A stretch of 64,000 bases of DNA from Verrucomicrobiota bacterium (lineage in GTDB: Bacteria; Verrucomicrobiota; Verrucomicrobiia; Limisphaerales; Palsa-1400), in NCBI GenBank assembly GCA_049510745.1, contig JBEKYR010000006.1, forward strand, positions 64,001 through 128,000, in the 5' to 3' direction. The notes under the pieces are model-generated. The model did no database searches. It worked only from the letters and a program-made list of their open reading frames with translations, and was not told where the DNA came from. Position 1 is the stretch's first letter; each line of letters starts with the position of its first letter. Shown here piece after piece: positions 39,911 to 49,786 of the stretch. Both the position numbers and the translations under genes were made by a program.

Positions 39911-41146
39911 TCAGGGCCTGGGCACGGCCAGGCTGGAATGCAGAATCAAAACAAGGCCGTCTGCGTCATACGGTTCGGGGATGACCCAACGCGAGCCGAA
40001 AACCAGTTTGGGGACGGCGTTGCCGCTCCGGAGGGTGTCGCCGTAAATCCGAATGGAGGTTTGCAGATACCGGCCGATCCAGGGGTCGGCCTGGGCGGCA
40101 TCGAACTTCGCCTGGCCGACCAATTCGACCGCTTTGGCCCTGGCGGCGTCAAGGCTTCGCGGGCGCCAGCGGTCACCGGACTCAAGCAAGAACATCCAGC
40201 GGTCAAAGAAAGGAAACGCCTCGCGCTTGGCCACCCAAACCGCCAGGCCAACTTTGGCCAGTTCGCAGGAGTCCTTGAATTCATCCACGTCCCGGGGGAT
40301 GTAGGGGTTGCATTGGCTGTTCAAGGGCGTCGGACAAAGGGCAAAGGCCAGCTTGCCGCGGTAGCGGCGGACTGCCTCATCGAGCATGAAATGCAGTTGC
40401 TGGCAATGGGGGCACTTATAATCAAAGAGCAGGGTAACGACGTAGAGGGCATCCGGCGAACCGACCAGTGGCGCGGCATGGGGATCAATGGCGGGCAGGT
40501 TCTGCTGCGACTCGCCGCCGCGATAGACGGCTGGAGGAGTAAAGCGGACCTGGCAGACCGCCAGAATGCCAGCCAGGGCCAGACCGACCAAGGTCAGGCC
40601 GATCGCGGGCAAAGGGCGAATAACGCGCCCTGGCGCGGCGCCCGTGGTGGCATTCGGCGCGGGATTCGACAGCGCGACATCGATTGAATCGTCGTCGAGT
40701 TGCATGGGCGCCCGCCAGAGGACCAAAGCCGCCAGCAGCAGGCCGGTGATGTGCGTGGCCATGCAATAGGGGCAAAAGGCCCCAATGAACGATTTCTGCA
40801 CGATGGTGAACCACACGGCACTTCCGGCGGCCGCCCCGACCAGAACCAGCATCGCGCGCCAGGCCAGCCGTCGGATCGGTGCCGCCGTGGCCGGACCAAC
40901 GAAAAGACCGGCTGCCAGCATCGCCAGGTACGCCCCCGCCGCCAGACCGCTGACGGGCAACACCCCTCCCACCGTGGACCACCGGCTGTTGAGCACCTGG
41001 TCACACGGGCTTCCGCCGCCGCAGCCGATTACCGACCCGCCCACCAGATAATGCCAGCCCAGGTAGGCGCTCAACGCCAAAGCCAGCCCGCTCAAACCCG
41101 TCAACACCCAGCGCCACCAAGGCCAGGACCGGCGAAATCGAGACAT
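39911..41146 (-). CDS. Vitamin K epoxide reductase (VKOR) fused to a DsbA/thioredoxin domain
   Basis: CGGGSPCDQVLNSRWS loop, FCPYCMATH, FDYKCPHC; start set at ATG 41146. Confidence 0.88.
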   Translation of the reverse strand: MSRFRRSWPWWRWVLTGLSGLALALSAYLGWHYLVGGSVIGCGGGSPCDQVLNSRWSTVGGVLPVSGLAAGAYLAMLAAGLFVGPATAAPIRRLAWRAMLVLVGAAAGSAVWFTIVQKSFIGAFCPYCMATHITGLLLAALVLWRAPMQLDDDSIDVALSNPAPNATTGAAPGRVIRPLPAIGLTLVGLALAGILAVCQVRFTPPAVYRGGESQQNLPAIDPHAAPLVGSPDALYVVTLLFDYKCPHCQQLHFMLDEAVRRYRGKLAFALCPTPLNSQCNPYIPRDVDEFKDSCELAKVGLAVWVAKREAFPFFDRWMFLLESGDRWRPRSLDAARAKAVELVGQAKFDAAQADPWIGRYLQTSIRIYGDTLRSGNAVPKLVFGSRWVIPEPYDADGLVLILHSSLAVPRP

Positions 41147-41153
41147 TTCTCCG

Positions 41154-44100
41154 CTAATACTGGTTGGGCGCACCGGGTGTGGGAACGCTGCCGGCGACCT
41201 GCGCCCCCCTGTCATGCGCCCGGGTCAATGCAGTGGTGAGGGTGATGCCGGTGCCGGAGACCTGGGCACCCACCGCGTGCGCAATTGTGAGCGGCGCGGC
41301 AACGGTGATTGAGGCGCCACCAGCGCCGCCTCTGCCACCTCTGCCACCGCCGGTGACGGAGGCCACAACCGCCGTCTCGAGGTTCGTGCCACTGTCAATG
41401 GTGATGGTCTGGCCCGCGCCAAAACCCGCCGCGCTGGCGACAGGGATAACGGTCGCGCTCACCTCGGTGGCAGTGCCTACCGTGCTGCCTCCCGCCGTGC
41501 CAACCGTCGCGATGACGGCGGTCTCGAGGTTCGCGCCCGCATCAACAATAATCGTCTTGCCGGCGCCGAAGTCTGCCACGCTGGCGACTTTTATATTGCT
41601 CGCGCCCGCGACCGATTCGGTCGATAGGGTGGTGGCGGTCTGCAACAGGAAATCATTGTGGTTGTTGCCGGTGTCGAGGCCGTCCGGAAAGCGTCCCGCG
41701 CTCCTATGGGGCGCGCTGGCGACCGGAGCGGCCGGCCCGCCGAAACCGCCACGGCCGGCGCCGGGCGTGGCCACGAAGTTGCCACTCGCCCCTCCTCCGG
41801 AGGCGGCTTGGTAACCCTCAGCCGCCCACGGGTCAACGACGCCGCCGTAGTTGAGGCTGTCGGCGACCAGGCCAGCGGCGTCACGCAGCACCATGCTGCC
41901 GGCGCTTGGGGAGAGAGCGGGTCCGCCGAACCACTGGTTTGGCGCCGGTGGCCCTTGGTAACCTGCGGTCGTAACCGCGGCGTCACGCACCACCGCGTTG
42001 ATCGCGTGGTCTTTGGCCAGGGGACTGTCAAGCGTGATGCCGGCGCCGAGCGGCTGGAGGGGCTCGTTGCTCGAGTGGGCAAAGGCCGTCGCCGGCTGGA
42101 AGCTGATCCCCGTTCCCCTGACGCTGAAGGGGAGGTTGCTCGCATGGTTGAACTTCAGCGGGGCGGACAGTTCGATTTCAGCGCCGCCGCCGCGGCGACC
42201 ACCGCCCGCGGGGGCTCCCGCCACCGCGCCGATGCTCTTGACCGTGACGGCCTCAATCCCGTGGTCCTTGCTGTCGATGTCCAACCTGATCTTGTCACCA
42301 ACCGAAATGTTGGCGGCGTTCCGCACCCTGATAGAGGTGTCGCCGGCTTTCGCGCCCGCCGCCAGGTAGGTTTGCGTGCCCGGCTTGCCGACCTCAGTAA
42401 CCGTGACCACCTCGTACTTTTCCACGTCCCTCCCGACAGCGGGATAGGTGGCACCGTAACCGATGCCGATCTTCTCGCCAACCTCGACCGCGAAGCCGCC
42501 ACCGCCGCCGAAGCCGCCCCCGCCGAAACCACCACCCGCGCCAGTGAAAGGCACGTTGGTCGAGCCGGCTGGAATCGTGATCACCGGTCCGTCGGGGAGG
42601 GGCTGCCACAGCGTCGTGCTGTTGCCTGCCGCCGTCCCGAGGCTGGCGATCTTGCGGGTTTCCACGCCGGAGCCGGTGTCAATTTCAATCGTATCACCGG
42701 CCGACATGCCGTTCGTGCTCCTGACGTGGATGGTGGTATCACCCTTGTGCGCGGGAACCGCCAGCCCGGAGTTGGCGAGGCCGAGCAGGTAGAAGCTTTT
42801 GGCCGCGAGTTTCGTTCCAGCCGGAATCTTGACCGACGAAAAGATGGCCTGCTGGGCGGCGTGCTCGATCAGTGTCCAGCCGGAGATGTCCACGGAACTG
42901 GCGTCAGCGTTGTAGAGCTCGATGAAGGAGTTCGCCGGGTCAACAGCGAACTCGTTGATCTTGATCGGGCTGACGTTCCGCACCTTCTCGACCATTTTCT
43001 CGGATTGCGTCTGGCCGCTTGTCGGGTTCGTCCACGAGGCGTTGGCGACCAGGTCGCCATTGAAGGCCACCCGCCCCGAGGTGATCTTGAAGGTCGCGCT
43101 CACGCTCGCACCCGGCGCGACCGGATCCGTGAACGTCTTTGAGGTCCCGGAGGCGCCGGAGACCACGGAGGTCCACCCCTTGGGCGCGGCAATGCTCAAC
43201 TTGACTCCCACGGCGGGCGCCCCTGTGGTATTCATGAATGTCACGGTGGTGTCCTGCGAGGACCCCGGTGAGAACGTCTGGAGTCCCGGCGGCGCGGCCG
43301 TGGCCGACGCCGGCGCCAGGCCCAACGTCTGCACGTCGTATTTGGCCGCCACAACGTTGGCCTGCACCTTCTGGTCGGTGGCGTCTGTTGGGAAGGTTCC
43401 TCCAGCCGTCATCGCGCCTTCATAAAAGGTGCCCTGCGAGCCGTTGCTGTTGTCCCCGCCGTTGCCCAGGAGGATGGCTCCCTGCTTGCGCATCGGGTCA
43501 TAGGATCTGTTGACGCGGGGTCCGTTGAACATGATTTTCAGTTCGCCGCTCTGCGAGTCGCCGCCCAAGGTAGTCCAGTGGTGCGGTTCGCCCTTGGCCA
43601 TCGCCGTCACGAATCGCCAGGTGATGTTCGGCAGGTCTCCGCAGAGTTTGGATCCATCCGGGTTGACACAACCCACCAGGTTGTTCTCCTGGTCGGTCAT
43701 GATCCACGGGCCGGGAGGCGGGCCATGATACCAAGGGGTGGCGTTTCCGAAGTAGGTAGTTTCCATGGTGCCGTTCCCGTCGTCGCGGCTGTCCGTCTCG
43801 GCGTTGCCGTAGTCGAAGCAGCAGCCGCCGTTGTAGTGATGGCCGTTCACGACCCAGTACTGCCCCTCCGCCTGGTCGTCCACTGCGGTGCCCTTCGCGT
43901 CGTCCCAGCGGAGGCCCATGCCCGGAGCGATGAAGACGCCGTAGGCCTTGTGGCCCATGACTGTAATCGGCGCCCAGTCGGCGACCGGGACGTTGTTAAA
44001 CCCACCCAAGGCATGGCCGCTGAATCCGCCGCGGGGCGCCTGGACGAGGTGGTTGCCCTTGCCGGACTGGTCGTAGAGGGTGGTGATCCAGCAGTAAGTG

Positions 44101-44429
44101 TTGGCGCAGAAGGCGTCCTGCGCGGCCGCGTTGGCGTATCCGCCCGCATCCGTCGCGGAGGGCCGGACGACGCCGATGTCCAAGGTCTTGCCGTCCGACT
44201 GGCGCATGACCTGGTAGAGCGGGCCGTTGTAAGAGGCGTACAGCGCGCGCGTGGAACTGTGGGCGGCCACGCAAGGGGTGCCGCCGGCGGCGTAGATGTC
44301 ACATGGGCCTTCTGGCCTGGGCGGAGGAAAATTGCGTCCCGCCCCGGCCGCTTTGGCCATAAACATCGTGGCTACAGGCAGCGTAAGCGCCAGTGCGAGT
44401 ATTATCACAAGACCGATTTTCGTTTTCAT
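41154..44429 (-). CDS. Secreted alpha-L-arabinofuranosidase B (GH54) with NPCBM-associated-like, lamin-tail-like and repeat domains
   Basis: GPCDIYAAGGTPCVAAHS, GCCFDYGNAE, GTMET, KQGAILLGNGGDNS..QGTFYEG; INEF..FIELYN lamin-tail motif; start set at ATG 44429. Confidence 0.88.
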   Translation of the reverse strand: MKTKIGLVIILALALTLPVATMFMAKAAGAGRNFPPPRPEGPCDIYAAGGTPCVAAHSSTRALYASYNGPLYQVMRQSDGKTLDIGVVRPSATDAGGYANAAAQDAFCANTYCWITTLYDQSGKGNHLVQAPRGGFSGHALGGFNNVPVADWAPITVMGHKAYGVFIAPGMGLRWDDAKGTAVDDQAEGQYWVVNGHHYNGGCCFDYGNAETDSRDDGNGTMETTYFGNATPWYHGPPPGPWIMTDQENNLVGCVNPDGSKLCGDLPNITWRFVTAMAKGEPHHWTTLGGDSQSGELKIMFNGPRVNRSYDPMRKQGAILLGNGGDNSNGSQGTFYEGAMTAGGTFPTDATDQKVQANVVAAKYDVQTLGLAPASATAAPPGLQTFSPGSSQDTTVTFMNTTGAPAVGVKLSIAAPKGWTSVVSGASGTSKTFTDPVAPGASVSATFKITSGRVAFNGDLVANASWTNPTSGQTQSEKMVEKVRNVSPIKINEFAVDPANSFIELYNADASSVDISGWTLIEHAAQQAIFSSVKIPAGTKLAAKSFYLLGLANSGLAVPAHKGDTTIHVRSTNGMSAGDTIEIDTGSGVETRKIASLGTAAGNSTTLWQPLPDGPVITIPAGSTNVPFTGAGGGFGGGGFGGGGGFAVEVGEKIGIGYGATYPAVGRDVEKYEVVTVTEVGKPGTQTYLAAGAKAGDTSIRVRNAANISVGDKIRLDIDSKDHGIEAVTVKSIGAVAGAPAGGGRRGGGAEIELSAPLKFNHASNLPFSVRGTGISFQPATAFAHSSNEPLQPLGAGITLDSPLAKDHAINAVVRDAAVTTAGYQGPPAPNQWFGGPALSPSAGSMVLRDAAGLVADSLNYGGVVDPWAAEGYQAASGGGASGNFVATPGAGRGGFGGPAAPVASAPHRSAGRFPDGLDTGNNHNDFLLQTATTLSTESVAGASNIKVASVADFGAGKTIIVDAGANLETAVIATVGTAGGSTVGTATEVSATVIPVASAAGFGAGQTITIDSGTNLETAVVASVTGGGRGGRGGAGGASITVAAPLTIAHAVGAQVSGTGITLTTALTRAHDRGAQVAGSVPTPGAPNQY

Positions 44430-44551
44430 ATCTATGCGATTCTCTAAACGGAGATTTCCAATTTGGCTTTCTGCCAGTAACCGCCAGGAAAAAGCAAGGA
44501 GCAGTCTAACCCGCCAACCCAGTGGGGTGCATTTCAGATTTTTAGGTTCCC

Positions 44552-44628
44552 CTCCTGATCTTGCTCCTAATGTCAATCTCTTCGCCTTCCTGCATTCGGA
44601 TTAAGAGCGAGATTACGATTACGATTAA
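44552..44628. repeat. Second, more degenerate TAATCN/NGATTA palindromic element
   Basis: CTCCTGATCTTGCTCCTAAT ... GATTAAGAGCGAGATTACGATTACGATTAAG. Confidence 0.6.
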
Positions 44629-44858
44629 GCAAATCAACCCAAAAATGCGATCACTGCCGGCAGACGCCCGGTGTTTTGAAGAATATGCCGCCTTGATCAA
44701 AATGATTTCGCAACGGAAGAAGCGACGATAGCGGCCCACTTGCGTTACGCCCGTGATCCCTCCGTCGGGGCGGCGCCGGGAGATTATACTCTTGAGCCGC
44801 TGTGAGGCGGAACGGGGCGGCGCTCTTCATTCATTGGAACATGAATCCCCGGCTCGCA

Positions 44859-45092
44859 TCACTCAATGGCATCCAGCGGAATGCGGTGGTCCGGCTTGTG
44901 GCCCTCAAAACGCAGAATCAACTCGACGTCTTTGAGGCCGCGGCCGAGGCAGGTGTTGATGGCGTTCAATAGATTGGGAAAATTAGACGCCGCCTCAGCC
45001 CGCTTGACCCAACGACCGGCGGGACTCAAGAACTTGTTGAGAGAAACGTGCCGCACCAAAAGCTTGCTGGGCAGTGGATCATTCGTTTGCAT
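44859..45092 (-). CDS. Small hypothetical protein
   Basis: 77-aa ATG ORF downstream of the oxidoreductase, same strand. Confidence 0.55.
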   Translation of the reverse strand: MQTNDPLPSKLLVRHVSLNKFLSPAGRWVKRAEAASNFPNLLNAINTCLGRGLKDVELILRFEGHKPDHRIPLDAIE

Positions 45093-45151
45093 GATATAAA
45101 ATTACACACGTTGGAGGGCAATGCCAATCGGTGGAAACCCTGTTTCGCCAC

Positions 45152-46165
45152 TCAGGCGGAAGCCGATTGTGACGGATCTTTCTCCACAGCCCATTGAGGG
45201 CCATCTGGATGGCCGGTGTCAGGATCAATAGTCAAGACGATCTTGCCTCGGACGTGGCCGCGCCGGCTCATTTCCAGGGCCTCGGGCGCGCGGACCAACG
45301 GGAGGACCTTGTCCACCATGGCTTTGATCTCACCGTTGGCAATCAGGTCACCCATCAGGGTCAATTCATCGGCGCGCGTTCGCGTCTGCATCTTGCGCGC
45401 CCGCACTCCGCACAGCAGGGCCTTAGTCTGCGACGGTACCGAAACGGTCGAAACCAGGCGGCCGTCAGTTCTGAGGACCTTCCAGGAACGATCCTGCGTC
45501 TGGCCGCCAACCAAGTCCAAAACCACATCCACGCGCTTGACCACGTCTTCAAAGCGGGTCGCGGTGTGGTCGATGACTTGTTGGGCGCCGAGCCGGCGCA
45601 GAAAAGAAAGGTTGCGGCTGGAGGCGGTGGCGATGACCCAGGCGCCGTGGCGGAGGGCCAATTGCACGGCAAACGAGCCGACTCCCCCTGCGGCGCCATG
45701 AATAAGAATCTTCTGGCCGGGCCGAATGTCCGCCGCGTCGAACAGTGCCTGCCAGGCCGTCAGGGCGCACAAGGGCGTGGCGGCGGCGTCGATGTCGTCC
45801 ACCGACGGGGGCTTTGCCGCCAGGCCGCCGACCGGCGCCGCGATCAATTCGGCAAAGGCACCGCCGTAACCGGAATGTCCGAAGACCGATTGACCGACAA
45901 AGAAATCGGTCACGTCCGGCCCCAGGGCCTCCACCATGCCGGAAAAATCACAGCCCAAGGTGTGGGGCATCGGCAACGGTCCGAGCAGTCCTTCGCGCAC
46001 TTGCCAGTCGAAGGGATTGACGCCGGCGGCGTGAACGCGAACCAGAACCTCACCCGGCGCCGGTTCCGGCGCCAGCACATCCTCGAAACAAAGCGATTCC
46101 GGGCCGCCGAAGTAATGGATACAAACGGCCTTGATCGTCCCTGATTCACGCAAAAGTGTATTCAT
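45152..46165 (-). CDS. NADP-dependent oxidoreductase (MDR / quinone oxidoreductase-like)
   Basis: VLVRVHAAGVNPFD, LTAWQAL, ILIHGAAGGVGSFAVQLA, RGKIVL. Confidence 0.92.
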   Translation of the reverse strand: MNTLLRESGTIKAVCIHYFGGPESLCFEDVLAPEPAPGEVLVRVHAAGVNPFDWQVREGLLGPLPMPHTLGCDFSGMVEALGPDVTDFFVGQSVFGHSGYGGAFAELIAAPVGGLAAKPPSVDDIDAAATPLCALTAWQALFDAADIRPGQKILIHGAAGGVGSFAVQLALRHGAWVIATASSRNLSFLRRLGAQQVIDHTATRFEDVVKRVDVVLDLVGGQTQDRSWKVLRTDGRLVSTVSVPSQTKALLCGVRARKMQTRTRADELTLMGDLIANGEIKAMVDKVLPLVRAPEALEMSRRGHVRGKIVLTIDPDTGHPDGPQWAVEKDPSQSASA

Positions 46166-46273
46166 TGGATTCCTTTCCTCTTACAGGCAATTTCGCAGGC
46201 TCGGGAACATTGTAAATCAGGCGCGAACCCCGACCGAGCCTAGGGGAATTGCCGAGTCGCGAGTTTTGCGCGG

Positions 46274-47902
46274 CTACGGGTTGGCTTGCGCCGTGGCGGC
46301 CTCGCGCGCGGCTTCGGCGGGTCCGATCCGGTTGGCCACATTGACGCCGTTGACATCATCGTAATTGATGGTCAGGCGCTGGCCGAGCCGCAGCTTGATG
46401 AACGGGGCGTCCGTGCGGCCATCCAGGACGATGGAACAATTGTCGGCCAGATTGAATTGTTTGACTCCGAAGAGAATATTGAAGCCGACGGGGAAATTCG
46501 CATCGGATGGATCAACCAAAACCACGTCGTCAATCCTGGATTCGGGGACGACACCGAGGATGCGGTCAATCAAATCGCCGTGCGGATCAAGGACACCCAC
46601 GCCATCGCCGTTTTCGATGTCCTGGCGGATGAGATTAAATAATAGTGTTGACTTTCCGGTGTCTGTGGCTCCGATGATGTGGGTGTGCTGCACCCGTTGG
46701 TCGGGCGTCAGTCGGACTTCAACGGATTCGCCGACGTGAACATTGTCACCGAGCAAGAGGCCGTGCGCGTGTCGAACGGAGGCCGGAGCGGCCTTCGTCC
46801 TGCCGGCGTCGCGCTCCAACACGGGTGAGCGGACGGCGCTCGACGGCAGGTGGACAAAGCCGATCAATTCATCGCTGTTGAGAAGCATCCCCGTGCGCCG
46901 CGTTTGCCGGAGCAATACGTCTTCGATGTGGTCTTCTGGGGTGGGGTAGTCATCATTGTGAAGGGGAATGAGCGCATTGCCCTGCGGATGGGTGAACACC
47001 CGCAATGAGCCCGCAAGGTCGCGCCCCAGTTGAAGCATTCGTTCACGCCGTTGGGTCTTGATCGCGATACGCACAACGGCGGCGAACAACGGACGGGCGA
47101 CTTTGGTTTTGGCCGCGTCGGCCAGTTCGGGCACATCGACAAAGAATGGCCTTCCGTCTGCACCCGTCACGGAATTGGTGATACTTTCCGCCCAGGGATT
47201 GTGCGCTGGTTGAAAGAGAACCTGGAACAAGGCAAGCTCGCCCATCCGTAATTCGCTCAATGCGCCGATGATGCCGATGAATGGGTCAATTTTGCCGCTG
47301 GCCAGCGGAAGCATGAATTCATGCTCCAAGCCGAATTCAGCAGCGAATTCTGCCGGCCCTTCAAAATGGCGCCACGCGTTCTCCAGCGTGCCCTGGCGCT
47401 GTTGAAACAGGACTTCGGGGAAGTATGCCTGCAATTGCCGCCGCACGAGCGGAGCATCATCCTCATGGGCCGCGAATTGGGCGACGACACGGTTGGGAAT
47501 ACCGAGCAATTCAAAGGCAATCGGCTCACGGCAGAGCGACAGATTCAAAAGGAACTGCTCGAATGTCTCCTTGGAGACGTCGAGCTTGGCGGGCAGGGAG
47601 GTTTGAAGTTCGATGAGCGGGTCACGGTAGAGCGGTTCCGGTTCGGGTTCCTCCTCCTCGGCCGGCGCCAGTGCAGGTTCCGGCGGCGCGGTTGAGAGCT
47701 TTCGGCTCAATTTCTGAACGAAGGAACTGAGAAGCGTCGGCTTGCGACCGTCGTCCACAGCGGGGGTGTCGGACAGGTGATGGCCGTAAAATGGGCGGAA
47801 GGGCGGCTCCGGGCAGATCGGTTCGTCGAAGACCTGCCAGCCACGACCGCGCCGCTCCCATTTGTAAAATTGTTCGGAGAATTGTTCGTGTGCCCCGCTC
47901 AT
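46274..47902 (-). pseudogene. Truncated VirD4/TrwB/HerA-like ATPase fused in frame to an unrelated C-terminal fragment
   Basis: HTHIIGATDTGKST Walker A variant, VLDPHGDL, GFNIL, then an abrupt switch near 46472; no Walker B. Confidence 0.7.
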
Positions 47903-47907
47903 GCCCT

Positions 47908-48354
47908 TCAAGCCTTCTGCTCAGGGCGGGTCGAAGGCACCGGCGGCTTGTGCAAATCGCCCAAAATCGGAGCGGACTCATACTGTCTCACCAACCCGCT
48001 TCGGGCCCGGCAATCAACACGGGCCAAAGGGCACGTGGCAAACGCGAAGCTTCCCTTCGCGGAACGAACCGGAAATGCAAGCAGTTTCGCCTCGCCAAAG
48101 GAGATCTTGCCGGCGCTAAAGTTGTCCGACCCGCTTCCGAAGCCTTCGCCGAACATATCATTGACATGCTGTTTGGTTTCATTATCGCGTGAAGCCGCAT
48201 CGCGGAGCACGCCCTTTAGGCTGGTCCCTGGAATAATTGGGAAGCCCGTGTGACGTTCGCGGACGATGGGTTGATCAATGGCACCCACGCTTGCCCCCGC
48301 GCCAACATGGAGCGGCGTACGGGTGAACAGATATAGAATTTTTGATTTGCTCAT
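47908..48354 (-). pseudogene. cmr4: Truncated type III-B RAMP Cmr4
   Basis: TPLHVGAG, AIDQPIVRERHTGFPIIPGTSLKGVLR, LLAFPVRS; similarity ends at ATCPLA (~48022). Confidence 0.85.
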
Positions 48355-48385
48355 GATTCCTTTATGAATTGTTCATTGTTCAAAG

Positions 48386-49786
48386 TCACTTCCCCAAACG
48401 TCCGGCGACGTTCTTGTAAAATTGCCAAGTGCCGCAAACGCCGAGGCCGAAGCCTTTTTCACCCAGAAGCGTACTGCGACGGTTTTTGATGGCGGTGGGG
48501 TTCGACTCACAGCCGTGCCAGTTGAGAACAGCGGCGAGTTTGCGAGCTTCATCAGCCGAGTCGGCCTCGAAATAGTAAACCGCGCCGGCAGGAACGGCGA
48601 CATGGGTGCTCTGTGCGCCGCCCGACTCGCCCGCGGCTTCATCGGGCAACGCCCAACCGGTAACGACGAGAGGTTTCGGAATGATGGCGGCGACGAGCTT
48701 GGCGGAAATGCTCTTTTGTTGACGGACGCGCCGCCGCCAAGTCTCTCGCCCCTCCCTTTTTTCGCGTGCAGCATCTCCAAACTTAAGAAGAACTTCACCA
48801 GTTTGAGGGCAAATCCAGTTGGGCAACCAACCTCCGGGATGAGCGGTGATGTGGCGCGTCGCATCTGCTTCGATTGCTGGCCACACTGCGGGACTCAGGA
48901 GAACCCACTTCACAGAAGATTTGCCGTCTCGTCGTTGGAAGCCATCGACTAGTCCGCGTGGCAGGGGTGGTGCTGAGTCCGGCATTCGCAATGCAGAGCA
49001 GATTCGTTGCTGACCGCCAACAATGATCTGGTGATGGCCGCCGTTGAGAAGGGTTTTGACGAGGTCGCTCCCATGCTGCGGATGTCTGAATTCCTTGTCC
49101 TCCGCAGAAGCGCAAACGCCGAGTTGCCAGGCTTCACGGAGACGGAGATAATGGGCCGAGTAAATTTTGCCGGTCGCTTCGCGCTGGCCCGCAGTGCCGG
49201 TGTCAGGATCAATTGCGATGCCGATGGTATGCTCGCAGTCGAAGAGGTCGTCGTCGGCGACAGCGTGTTCGGCCATCTGTGTGGATGTCACGCTGGAGTT
49301 GGCGGCGCCGAGATAAGTTTGGAATGCCTCCCTCGACAACCAGGGTTTCGCGGGAGATTCCTTGTCGGGCGGCAGGCGGTTCGCAACGGCGTATTCGAGC
49401 GGGTCGGGAAGACTGGATTGAACGGGGTCAAATGAATCCGTAGGCAGGAGCGCCGGTTGGAGTGTCGCGTCTTGAAGGTCGTGGGGGCGGGGGAAAAACC
49501 AGGTTGCGCCGTTCTTCACCGGAAAGGGACCAGCAGTGATGAGCGAGCCGAACTTGCGGTCGCGGTGCGCGTCTTCAGCGTAAACGCCATGTGCGCCGCG
49601 ACGATGGGCGTGGAGCTTATTGGAACCATCTGCATCAAGTTTTGCCCGGTGCAACGCGGCATGGAACGCACCGTTGATGACATTGGGCATCGGCCAGGCG
49701 GCGCCGTGGCCGGCGAGCGAGCCTGTCATGGGCCGGCCATCGCGGAAGAACATTATGTCTGTGGGTTGAAGCAGAATGGTGTTCAT
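48386..49786 (-). CDS. cmr3: Type III-B CRISPR-associated protein Cmr3
   Basis: LQPTDIMFFRDGRP, GPF, IGIAID, GGQQR, AVPAGAVYYF, GEKGFGL G-loop; ATGA overlap with cas10. Confidence 0.9.
   Translation of the reverse strand: MNTILLQPTDIMFFRDGRPMTGSLAGHGAAWPMPNVINGAFHAALHRAKLDADGSNKLHAHRRGAHGVYAEDAHRDRKFGSLITAGPFPVKNGATWFFPRPHDLQDATLQPALLPTDSFDPVQSSLPDPLEYAVANRLPPDKESPAKPWLSREAFQTYLGAANSSVTSTQMAEHAVADDDLFDCEHTIGIAIDPDTGTAGQREATGKIYSAHYLRLREAWQLGVCASAEDKEFRHPQHGSDLVKTLLNGGHHQIIVGGQQRICSALRMPDSAPPLPRGLVDGFQRRDGKSSVKWVLLSPAVWPAIEADATRHITAHPGGWLPNWICPQTGEVLLKFGDAAREKREGRETWRRRVRQQKSISAKLVAAIIPKPLVVTGWALPDEAAGESGGAQSTHVAVPAGAVYYFEADSADEARKLAAVLNWHGCESNPTAIKNRRSTLLGEKGFGLGVCGTWQFYKNVAGRLGK

Noticed and set aside
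44430..44576. N-terminal extension of the GH54 ORF
   Set aside because: It overlaps the hexamer palindrome; the signal peptide begins at MKTKIG (44429).
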